Below, piece by piece: positions 55,860 through 63,717 of a stretch of DNA of 64,000 nt. The notes beneath the pieces are model-generated. The model saw only the letters and a list, made by a program, of their open reading frames with translations, searched no databases and was not told the origin of the DNA. This DNA is from an uncultured Anaerolineales bacterium (GTDB lineage Bacteria; Chloroflexota; Anaerolineae; Anaerolineales; RBG-16-64-43): contig CAZFPL010000002.1 in assembly GCA_964521085.1 (NCBI GenBank), positions 85,579 to 149,578 of the forward strand. The letters run 5' to 3'. A program made the translations under genes and the position numbers. How positions within the stretch are numbered: position 1 is the first letter of the stretch; each line of letters begins with the position of its first letter.

Positions 55860-57653
55860 TCAACGCTTAATCGCCCGGGCGCACACCTCGATCGCGAACC
55901 GCTCGTCAAGGGTATCAAGTTCGCGCCGGGAAAACTCCTCCGCCGTCAACCCGCGCATCGCCGCGGCGGCGAGGAGCGAGTTGCCGTAAGCCCGGACCTG
56001 GACATTTTCGCTTCCGAAGGTTCCCCCCACCAGCCCGGCGAATCCCTCAGGGGTGAAGCGCCAGAGCTCATGCCACCAGGGCTCGATCATATCCGTCATC
56101 GGCACCGCCGCCAGAAGCACGCCGCCGGGGCGGAGGATGCGCCGTATCTCTGAGAGAATCGCCGGCAGATCCTTCACGATATGCAGGACGCGCGTGCAGA
56201 TGATGCAGTCGTAATACCCGGAGGGAATGTTGTTGGGCCGGCTCAGGTCGGCGATGATGGTCGCGTGCTTGCTGTGGCCGGACCCTTCCTTGTGCAGAAT
56301 ATCGAGTTTTTGGATGTTCGGCCCGCCGAAGCGAGAAGCGTATTGGTCGTTCTGAAATTCCAGCACCCGGCCGCGCACGTCCGCACGGAATTCCCCGAAG
56401 AAACGGTCGATGTAGTAGCGATGCACGGGCGTGCCGCGTTCGTTTCCGGAAACGACCGAGAGCGGCGATAGTCCATTCCCGAGCCGGAACCGCGCCCAGA
56501 GTGCGGTCAGAATCGGAATGCGCAGCTGCTTTCGGCGAACCTGCCCGGACCGGATATTCTGCCAGCGGTATGCCAGCCACTGGAAAACCCGTTTCGGCAG
56601 CAGCGGCAGGCGATTCCAATCGGTGACCGCTTTGGGATCCTCGCGGATCTTCTTTTCCGCCCCCGCGTATCCCTTCGGAGTGCGGGGAGACCGGACGGAC
56701 TCCATATGCTCCTCGAGCCGGCGTGAAAATTCCCGTCCGCCCGCGTCACCGGGGGTGACGCGCGGAATCCAATACCGGTCGGAGCCGCCGTGGACCGCCG
56801 CTTTGACATTGGCGCAGGCGTAGTTGAACCCCAATTCCCGCGCCAGGCGCAGCGTGACCGTCGTCTCCGATTCGCGGCTGCCGTACGGATAGGACAGCGC
56901 ACGGACCGGCCGCCCGAGCAGCTTTTCCAGCGCGTGTCGGGAATCTGCCATTTCAGTTTTTTGAGAGGTATCTTTCAGTGCGGCCAGCCAGGCGTGGCGC
57001 ACGGTGTGCGCGCCGATCGATATCAAACCGTTGGCTGCCAGCCGGCTGCATTCCCGTGCCGTCAGCGGGCGGACATCGGGGCGCGGTGCCGCCGGGCGGC
57101 ATCGGGCTTCCCTGCAAATTCGATCCATCTCCGCCCGGATTTCATCCGGCGGGAAAGCGCGCAACGCATAATGGAGAATCCCGAAGGCATCCTCCCGCGG
57201 CATGCCCAGATAAAACCGCATCCGCGCATCCTCCGGTAGTCCTTTCCACTCAGCGGGCTCGCGCTTGGATTCCCAGACAATTCGCTGCAATTCATCCCAC
57301 CAGAATTCCTTTTTACCGTCCAGATAACCGGAGGAGATAAAAACGGTTGCGGGGATTTTCCAGCGTTCCAGGGCGGGAAGCGCGCCGAAGAGAACTCCGG
57401 CATAGCCGTCATCGAAGGTCACGGCGACCGATCTGCGCGGAAGGTTTCCCTGCGCCAGACCCCCGACCATTTCGTCCAGGGTCACCGGATTCCAAGAACG
57501 GCGCAACTCCTCCATTTGCGATGCGAACAGCTTCTCCGGCACGCTGACGTGAAGCGGGTCCGGGGATTGGCGGCCGACCTGGTGATAGGCAAGCACTACT
57601 CCGTGGGGGGAAAGGATTTCGGCCAGCCGGTTAATTCTTTCCTTAACGCCCAT
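55860..57653 (-). CDS. Bifunctional polysaccharide deacetylase (CE4/NodB) - SAM methyltransferase fusion
   Basis: 597 aa. The N-terminal half carries VTFDDGY and IGAHTVRH. The C-terminal ~200 aa carries a class I MTase-like core (RVLEF..., DCIICTRVLHIVKD, LRPGGVLL). Confidence 0.75.
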   Translation of the reverse strand: MGVKERINRLAEILSPHGVVLAYHQVGRQSPDPLHVSVPEKLFASQMEELRRSWNPVTLDEMVGGLAQGNLPRRSVAVTFDDGYAGVLFGALPALERWKIPATVFISSGYLDGKKEFWWDELQRIVWESKREPAEWKGLPEDARMRFYLGMPREDAFGILHYALRAFPPDEIRAEMDRICREARCRPAAPRPDVRPLTARECSRLAANGLISIGAHTVRHAWLAALKDTSQKTEMADSRHALEKLLGRPVRALSYPYGSRESETTVTLRLARELGFNYACANVKAAVHGGSDRYWIPRVTPGDAGGREFSRRLEEHMESVRSPRTPKGYAGAEKKIREDPKAVTDWNRLPLLPKRVFQWLAYRWQNIRSGQVRRKQLRIPILTALWARFRLGNGLSPLSVVSGNERGTPVHRYYIDRFFGEFRADVRGRVLEFQNDQYASRFGGPNIQKLDILHKEGSGHSKHATIIADLSRPNNIPSGYYDCIICTRVLHIVKDLPAILSEIRRILRPGGVLLAAVPMTDMIEPWWHELWRFTPEGFAGLVGGTFGSENVQVRAYGNSLLAAAAMRGLTAEEFSRRELDTLDERFAIEVCARAIKR

Positions 57654-57773
57654 CGATCAACCCGCGTCCTTTCCCATTTCGACTTCCCGAAGTGTAAATG
57701 GAGATACACCGATTATCCATGTAGAAGGGGATATACGCCAGTTCACGGGGATCGGCGGGAATTGCGAACGCAA

Positions 57774-57806
57774 GGAGAATCCGGGTGGCTTGCAAGCCCG
57801 GTCTCC
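57774..57806 (-). other. GC-rich imperfect hairpin directly after the SDR stop codon (intercistronic structure or weak terminator)
   Basis: ggaga..ccggg...cccgg-tctcc pairing around a ggcttgcaagcc palindrome. No U-tract follows. Confidence 0.3.
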
Positions 57807-58688
57807 TCACGTTGTATGTTCTTCCCGGGAGATTTGTTCGAGGACCTGGAGAATCCCCTGGCCGAAATCGACATACAAATTCGACGTCAGTTTTCTTCCC
57901 ACCCGCGGGTGGAACTGGTAGGGAGTGATCCGGTAGTGCCCGTCGGGGATTTCCGGCCGGGCGTACTCCACCTGGATCTCGCGGCCGAGGATTTCCGAGA
58001 ACATCGTGAACAAGTCGCGGGCGCGCATCGGGTAGTGGCCGGTGATGATCAGATGCTGGTTGGCGTATTCGGAAGCAAGAATGTCGACGGAGAGGCGGGC
58101 TGCATCGGCCACATGGATGTATTCCCGCGAATCTTCCGGTTCGCCGTAGTAGCGGATCTTCCCGCTTCGCGCGGCTTCGCGCAGAAGGCGGTATAGGCCG
58201 TTGCTCTCATCGGCCCGCGGGCCGTACAGGCTGCCGAATCGCAGGATCGTGTACTCCAGTCCGTACCGGTGCTGGTACTCTTCGATATACGCTTCGCACG
58301 CCTGCTTGCTGGCGCGGTAGAAGGAGCCCTCACTGCTGTACACATAGATGGTGCTGGAAAACACGAAGCGCTTGACCTTGGCGCGCCGGGCGGCTTCGAG
58401 CACGTTGACCGTGCCCTCCACATTGACCTTCACCGTCTCGCGCGGAAGCTCGCGCGCCTTGTTGAGGTCGGAAAGCGCGGCGTAATGGTAGACGTAGTCC
58501 GCGCCTTCGATCGTCCGGCACAACAGATCGAAATCCTCCAGGCTTCCGATCACTTGCTTTTGATCCGCCGGAAGCGCGGCGGCCTTCTTTTGATCGAAGA
58601 TCGTCACGCTATGCCCGCGGCATGCGAGTTCATCCGCCAGATGGCTGCCGAGGAATCCCGCCCCGCCGGTGACGACCGATACCGTCAT
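57807..58688 (-). CDS. NAD-dependent epimerase/dehydratase (SDR)
   Basis: Start at ATG 58688 (MTVSVVTGGAGFLGSHL), forming an ATGA overlap with the upstream stop. YRASKQACE is the YxxxK motif. Confidence 0.85.
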   Translation of the reverse strand: MTVSVVTGGAGFLGSHLADELACRGHSVTIFDQKKAAALPADQKQVIGSLEDFDLLCRTIEGADYVYHYAALSDLNKARELPRETVKVNVEGTVNVLEAARRAKVKRFVFSSTIYVYSSEGSFYRASKQACEAYIEEYQHRYGLEYTILRFGSLYGPRADESNGLYRLLREAARSGKIRYYGEPEDSREYIHVADAARLSVDILASEYANQHLIITGHYPMRARDLFTMFSEILGREIQVEYARPEIPDGHYRITPYQFHPRVGRKLTSNLYVDFGQGILQVLEQISREEHTT

Positions 58689-59620
58689 TTCGCTTTTTCT
58701 TTCTGGAAGAAGTCGATCACTTTCTGCGCCGCTTCCACCTCCATGCCGATCCGGCATTCCAGGGCATACGATCCGATGTGCGCAGTCAGCACGATGTTGT
58801 CCAATTCGGAAAGGGGGCCTTTATACGGTTCGGCGGCAAATACGTCCAGGTACGCACCGCCCAACTTGCCGGAGCGCAGAGCCTCGAGCAGCGCGGTTTC
58901 GTCGACCCATCCGCCGCGCGCTGCATTTACCAAAAGCGCGCCTGGTTTCATCTTCGCAAACTCCGGTGCGCCCAGCAGCGCGGTTTTCGTCGAACCCGAG
59001 AGATGCAAGGAAAATACATCCGCCTGGGGCAGGGCTTCGTCGAGTGAAACGTATCGGACCGCGTGCTGGCTGGCGAACAAATCATCGTGCACCGGATCGA
59101 CCGCCAGAATATGGACCGAAAACGGCTGCATCAGCCGCACCAGCGCCTTGCCGATGCGCCCCAACCCGATGATGGCGACGGTTTTCCCGCGCAGCAGCCT
59201 ACCCATCGGTTTGGAGAATTCCCCGCGGCGGACGGAGGCGTCGGATTGCGGGATGCGCCGCAACAGCGCAAGCAGCCCGCCGAGGGCGAGCTCGGCCACG
59301 CCATTGGTCGGTCCATCGGGCGTGTTGAACACCGATATGCCGCGCTCCTTGGCGTATTCCCGGTCAACGTTGTCGACCGCCGTGCCGACGCGCGAGATGA
59401 CCTTCAGGCGGGGAAGCTGGGAAAGCACCTCGCGGTCAAGCGCCTCGGTGCCGGCGATCAGGCCGTCCGCGTCGCGGAGCAGTTCGACCGTTTCGGGTTT
59501 CGTCAGCTTGCGGCCATGCGGATTGAAGATCAGTTCGAAGCCGGCCAGACGGAGATCGTCGACCGGTTCGCTGCTTTCTTTTCCGAACGAGGACGTGGTG
59601 ATGGCGATTTTTGGGCTCAC
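58685..59620 (-). CDS. D-isomer-specific 2-hydroxyacid dehydrogenase (PGDH-like)
   Basis: GKTVAIIGLGRIGKAL NAD-binding site, NAARGGWVDE motif, and the TAHIGS catalytic-His region. Start is GTG 59620 (GGAG 8 nt upstream) or GTG 59629. Confidence 0.8.
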   Translation of the reverse strand: MSPKIAITTSSFGKESSEPVDDLRLAGFELIFNPHGRKLTKPETVELLRDADGLIAGTEALDREVLSQLPRLKVISRVGTAVDNVDREYAKERGISVFNTPDGPTNGVAELALGGLLALLRRIPQSDASVRRGEFSKPMGRLLRGKTVAIIGLGRIGKALVRLMQPFSVHILAVDPVHDDLFASQHAVRYVSLDEALPQADVFSLHLSGSTKTALLGAPEFAKMKPGALLVNAARGGWVDETALLEALRSGKLGGAYLDVFAAEPYKGPLSELDNIVLTAHIGSYALECRIGMEVEAAQKVIDFFQKEKAK

Positions 59621-59625
59621 GAGGT

Positions 59626-60609
59626 TCACTCCGTGGAAATCTGGCTAGCCCAGGATTGCTCGGCCCGGTACCAATCGACGAGGTTGTGAACGCCGTCTTC
59701 GAGTTTGGTCTGCGGTTCCCAATTCAGGAGTCTTCGGGCTTTGCTGATATCCGCCCAGGTGGCGGGCACGTCCGCCGGATGGGCGGGCTTTTGTTCGATG
59801 ACGGCCTTCTTGCCGGTGAATTCTTCGACCATCGCGATGATGTCGCGGATTTTCGCCGGACGGTCGCCGCCCAGGTTGATTGTCTCGAAGCCGAGCGGTT
59901 TGACAGCGGCAATCGTTCCGCGGGCGATATCGTCGACGTAGGTGAAATCGCGTTCCTGGCTGCCATCCCCGAAAAGCACGATCGGCTTGCCCTCGGAGAT
60001 GCGCTGCACGAAACGGAACATGCTCATATCCGGGCGGCCGGCCGGGCCGAACACCGTGAAGTAGCGAAGCACGGTGACATCCATCCCGTACAGGAAATGC
60101 CAGGTATAGCACATCGCTTCGGCGGCCTTCTTCGAGGCGGCGTACGGGGAAAGCGGTTTGTCGGTGGAGGCATCTTCCTTGAAGGGGCGCGGATTCTCCG
60201 CGCCATACAGGCTCGAGGTGGAGGCGAGGACGAATTTCTTCACCCCGCCCTGGCGGGCCAGCTCAAGGAGGTTCAGCGTTCCGGAGACGTTGGTCTCGAA
60301 ATACACATATGGATTCTCCGTGCTCTGCCTGACTCCGGCGCGCGCCGCCAGGTTGATCACCGCATCGAGCACGTTGCCGTCGTGCTTGTTCCACAGCGTC
60401 TCGACCACCACCCGGTCGGCCAGATCTCCGCGCGAGAAGGCAAACCCTGGAGCAGCCTGCAGTTTCTGCAACCGCCACTGCTTCAGGCGCACGTCGTAGG
60501 CGTTGTTCAGGCTGTCGATTCCCACAACCTGATGGCCTTGCTCCAGGAGCAGCGCGGTGACCCGCGCGCCGATGAACCCGGCCGCACCCGTGACCAGATA
60601 GCGAGCCAT
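59626..60609 (-). CDS. UDP-glucuronate 4-epimerase-like SDR
   Basis: Start at ATG 60609 (MARYLVTGAAGFIGARV). IDSLNNAYDVRLKQWRL is typical of uronate epimerases. YAASKKAAE is the YxxxK motif. The longer track ORF overlaps the upstream gene. Confidence 0.8.
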   Translation of the reverse strand: MARYLVTGAAGFIGARVTALLLEQGHQVVGIDSLNNAYDVRLKQWRLQKLQAAPGFAFSRGDLADRVVVETLWNKHDGNVLDAVINLAARAGVRQSTENPYVYFETNVSGTLNLLELARQGGVKKFVLASTSSLYGAENPRPFKEDASTDKPLSPYAASKKAAEAMCYTWHFLYGMDVTVLRYFTVFGPAGRPDMSMFRFVQRISEGKPIVLFGDGSQERDFTYVDDIARGTIAAVKPLGFETINLGGDRPAKIRDIIAMVEEFTGKKAVIEQKPAHPADVPATWADISKARRLLNWEPQTKLEDGVHNLVDWYRAEQSWASQISTE

Positions 60610-62516
60610 TACAGCCGGACCACTTTCGGGCTTTGCTTGCCGTCCGCACCCAGGGCGTTGCGGGTGTCGACCACCAGCCGGGCGAGTTCGAGGATCCTCT
60701 TCCAATGGTAGACATCGTGGTTGGTGGTAATCACCACGCAATCCGCTTGCTGCACAGCACCTTCCAAATCCGCTACGCTCTTGAGATGGAATGATTCGTG
60801 GCGCACTTCGGGAACGTAGGGGTCGTGGTAATCCACGACGGCGCCCTTCTTCCGAAGCAGGCCGATCACATCCAGGGCGGGCGATTCACGCAGGTCGGAG
60901 ACGTTCGGTTTATACGCCACGCCGAGCACGAGGATCCGGCTGCCGTTGATCGCCTTGCGATGCTTGTTAAGCGCATCCTGGACCTTGCCCACCACATAGC
61001 GGGGCATGTTTGTGTTGATCTCGCTGGCCAGCTCGATGAAGCGGGCGTTGTAATTGACCGCTTTCAGTTTCCAGGAAAGGTACAACGGATCGATGGGGAT
61101 GCAGTGCCCGCCCAGACCGGGGCCGGGGGTGAATTTCATATACCCGAAAGGTTTGGTGGCGGCGGCGTCGATAATCTCCCACACATCGAGTCCGAGGTGA
61201 TCGCACATGATGGCCACTTCGTTGACCAGCCCGATATTCACGGCGCGAAACGTGTTCTCCAAAAGTTTCGACATTTCCGCGGCATCGGCGGAGGAGACCG
61301 GCACCAGCGTCTTGATCGCCCGCCCGTAATAGGCAAGGGCGGTTTCCAGGCATGCCGGCGTGATCCCGCCGATCACCTTGGGGGTATTGACCGTGGTCCA
61401 ATCCTCCCGTCCGGGATCGACCCGTTCCGGGGAAAAGGCCAGGAAAATATCCTTGCCCACTTTCAAACCGCGACTCTCGATTTTCGGGAGCAGGAGTTCG
61501 CGGGTTGTTCCCGGGTAGGTCGTGGACTCGAGTACGATCACCATCCCGGGATGGAGGTACTTGGAAACTTCTTCGGTCACATTGACGATGAAGGAAAGAT
61601 CCGGATCGCCCGTCTTGCGCAGCGGGGTGGGCACGCAGATGGAGAGGGCGTCCAGCGTTTTTACCTGGGAGAAATCGGTGGTGGCATGGAGGGCGCCCTT
61701 GCGGACCAGGGAAGCGACATGGGAGGAAGGGATATCCTCGATATAGGATTTTCCCTTGTTGAGCATCTCGATCTTTCTCGAATCCACATCGATCCCGACC
61801 ACCGAATATCCGGCGCGGCCGAATACATCCACCAGCGGCAAGCCGACATACCCCAGCCCGATCACGCCGACGCGGGCTTTGCCGCTCCGGAACTTTCGGA
61901 TCAGATTCTGGGCTGTCTCCCCGCCCTTGGTTGACATCACATCCTTCTTTGCCATGCCTGCCTTCTCCTTTGCATTCCATCGGTTCTGCAGAAATTGGCC
62001 GCCGAAGCCGGCTGCCGATCCCAACAAAGCCGCGGCTAGAATCTTCCAAAAAAGAAAATTTTCCGTCCGTTTGGCAGAAGCCGGGGCTGATTCGTAGCAG
62101 ACGGCGCCCGACATCGAAGCCTTTTCTTCCAACGCCGCGCACAACGCCTGTGCCCAGGCAAGCGCCCGGTCCGCCGCGCGGTACGGATCAGTATCGCGGA
62201 TGTTCAACCGGAGGACGCCGTCTTCCAGCAACTCCTCCACTTCTGATCCGCGCAAGAAATTGTTGCGGGTTAAATTGTACCCGGAGACGACCGGCCGGGA
62301 GACAGCGGCGGACGCAACCTCCGGCTCCTTCGCGAGCGCCTCCGCCTCGTCGGCGGAGTAGCCCCCCGTGCTTAAAATCCGAATCCCAGCCTGATATTCC
62401 GGCAGCTGGGCGAGCACTGCCAGCAGGGCAAGGATTGCCGAGACCGCACCGACGACCAGCGCCGGCAGGATCCCGTTTCGAATGTCCCATCCTTGGATGG
62501 GCGCTGCATTCTTCAT
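60609..62516 (-). CDS. Nucleotide-sugar 6-dehydrogenase (WbpA/TviB/WecC-like) with an in-frame N-terminal two-TM Wzz/PCP-like domain
   Basis: 635-aa ORF with no internal stop. The C-terminal ~430 aa carries GLGYVGLP, CVPTPL and GGHCIPIDP. The N-terminal ~187 aa has TM1 (ILPALVVGAVSAILALLAVLA), a hydrophilic segment, and TM2 (FLFWKILAAALLGSAAGFGG). An alternative internal start is ATG 61955, with AAGGAG upstream. Confidence 0.8.
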   Translation of the reverse strand: MKNAAPIQGWDIRNGILPALVVGAVSAILALLAVLAQLPEYQAGIRILSTGGYSADEAEALAKEPEVASAAVSRPVVSGYNLTRNNFLRGSEVEELLEDGVLRLNIRDTDPYRAADRALAWAQALCAALEEKASMSGAVCYESAPASAKRTENFLFWKILAAALLGSAAGFGGQFLQNRWNAKEKAGMAKKDVMSTKGGETAQNLIRKFRSGKARVGVIGLGYVGLPLVDVFGRAGYSVVGIDVDSRKIEMLNKGKSYIEDIPSSHVASLVRKGALHATTDFSQVKTLDALSICVPTPLRKTGDPDLSFIVNVTEEVSKYLHPGMVIVLESTTYPGTTRELLLPKIESRGLKVGKDIFLAFSPERVDPGREDWTTVNTPKVIGGITPACLETALAYYGRAIKTLVPVSSADAAEMSKLLENTFRAVNIGLVNEVAIMCDHLGLDVWEIIDAAATKPFGYMKFTPGPGLGGHCIPIDPLYLSWKLKAVNYNARFIELASEINTNMPRYVVGKVQDALNKHRKAINGSRILVLGVAYKPNVSDLRESPALDVIGLLRKKGAVVDYHDPYVPEVRHESFHLKSVADLEGAVQQADCVVITTNHDVYHWKRILELARLVVDTRNALGADGKQSPKVVRL

Positions 62517-62554
62517 GCGGAAATACCGGGACGAAAAAGGATGAGAGCGGAGGG

Positions 62555-62584
62555 ATTAAACCACGGTGCGATATGGGCTGTCAA
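62555..62584 (-). promoter_or_regulatory. Sigma70-like promoter of the glycan supercluster
   Basis: On the minus strand: TTGACA (62584-62579), an 18-nt spacer, then TTTAAT (62560-62555). It lies about 40 nt upstream of ATG 62516. Confidence 0.55.
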
Positions 62585-62600
62585 CGAGTCCGCCGCAATA

Positions 62601-62640
62601 CCGCCGATTTCCGCCAAAGAATGCGAAAATCGGCGGTTTT
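62601..62640 (+). other. Orphan terminator-like hairpin (10-bp stem plus TTTT on the + strand only)
   Basis: Arms ccgccgattt (62601-10) and aaatcggcgg (62627-36), a 16-nt loop, then tttt. No + strand gene lies upstream. Confidence 0.35.
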
Positions 62641-62755
62641 CCCTCCAAAGGGAAACCCCAAACGGCAACATGGGCATTTCCAGCGCCTGATATATACTTG
62701 GATTAGGAGATCCTTTTCCGAGAAAGGCTATCCCAGCGGCGATTCGGTTCGGCAA

Positions 62756-62771
62756 GTGCGATCGATCGCAC
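62756..62771. promoter_or_regulatory. Perfect 16-bp palindrome (possible operator)
   Basis: GTGCGATCGATCGCAC, 10 nt upstream of the AAGGAG SD of the small + strand ORF. Confidence 0.3.
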
Positions 62772-62790
62772 AACGCGAACCAAGGAGTGG

Positions 62791-62967
62791 ATGATGATAA
62801 AACTCACCCCGCCAAAGCACATCACATTTTGGATCGCTATCGGTTTGGGAGTGCTCGCCGTCATTCTTCAGATCGTGCCGGATTTCGGGTTTCACCAATA
62901 CACCTTCGCCCTCGCGATCGCGGGTCTGGCCATCCTGGGGCTGGGAAATCTTATCAAGAGCCTTTAA
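62791..62967 (+). CDS. Small two-TM membrane protein, hypothetical (below the ORF-track size cutoff)
   Basis: Hand translation gives MMIKLTPPKHITFWIAIGLGVLAVILQIVPDFGFHQYTFALAIAGLAILGLGNLIKSL (58 aa). AAGGAG at 62782-87. The overlapping track ORF 62787..63056 is Arg/His-rich and implausible. Confidence 0.5.
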   Translation: MMIKLTPPKHITFWIAIGLGVLAVILQIVPDFGFHQYTFALAIAGLAILGLGNLIKSL

Positions 62968-63024
62968 CCGGCAGTCCATCGATCTCGATTCCCTGTAATC
63001 GCGCCCGCTATCAAGGCTGCCGGC

Positions 63025-63717
63025 TTAGGAGATCCAAACCATCAAGGACTGATTGATAATCCAAATCCCATCCTGTTTTTCCATAAGCAGAAGGTAACCA
63101 GCTCCGGCCAGATAGTTTGACTGGGTGCCGACGTATACCAATGCCCGATCCAAAGCGGCATTGAATCCGGCTCGGGAGAGTCCCGTGATGCCTTGGGCGC
63201 CTTCATAGGTCTTGTAAAAACCGTCCCAACCGCCCCCGCCTTCCGAAAAGAATTCAGAAATCTCTTCATCGGAAATCAGAATAACGGGAACATCCACCGT
63301 GAAGTTGAGTTCCAGCATAATGGAATTCTCATCTTGCAGGAAGAAATCCGTAAATAGGTCCTCGGTAGCTTCGGGTAAATTCTCCCGATAATATTTCATG
63401 CTCTCTTCGTCGTCCGCGGAAAGGAATTTCATAGTCGTGTGATCCATTAAGACAATGCACTGGGTTTGTCTGCCAATATATAAATCTTCCAAGATCGCCG
63501 AATAGACGGCATATTCCTCGACCCGGCGCGCCTCTTCGGAGAAGGTTGGTGTGAATGCGGGAGTCGGTTCCACGGTGGGGGTGATGGGCGTGGCGGTGTT
63601 TTCGATCGCAGCGGTCGGAGTTGCCGTCGAAGCAACTGTGCTGCGCGGTTCTATCCAAGGCAGCGAAAGACATGCCGCGTTCAAGAGAATAAGGACCAGT
63701 AGGAAACGTTTCAGCAT
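63025..63717 (-). CDS. Secreted hypothetical protein (possible lipoprotein)
   Basis: 230 aa. Signal peptide MLKRFLLVLILLNAAC followed by a Thr/Pro-rich linker. GGAGGA SD. Lower GC than the cluster. Confidence 0.6.
   Translation of the reverse strand: MLKRFLLVLILLNAACLSLPWIEPRSTVASTATPTAAIENTATPITPTVEPTPAFTPTFSEEARRVEEYAVYSAILEDLYIGRQTQCIVLMDHTTMKFLSADDEESMKYYRENLPEATEDLFTDFFLQDENSIMLELNFTVDVPVILISDEEISEFFSEGGGGWDGFYKTYEGAQGITGLSRAGFNAALDRALVYVGTQSNYLAGAGYLLLMEKQDGIWIINQSLMVWIS

Noticed and set aside
62590-62606. ops/JUMPStart-like GGCGGTAT on the minus strand near the cluster start
   Set aside because: It deviates from GGCGGTAG. It lies upstream of the predicted -35 element, so it would not be in the transcript. 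RfaH-type control is characterised in Proteobacteria. I judge it coincidental in a CCGCC-rich hairpin region.
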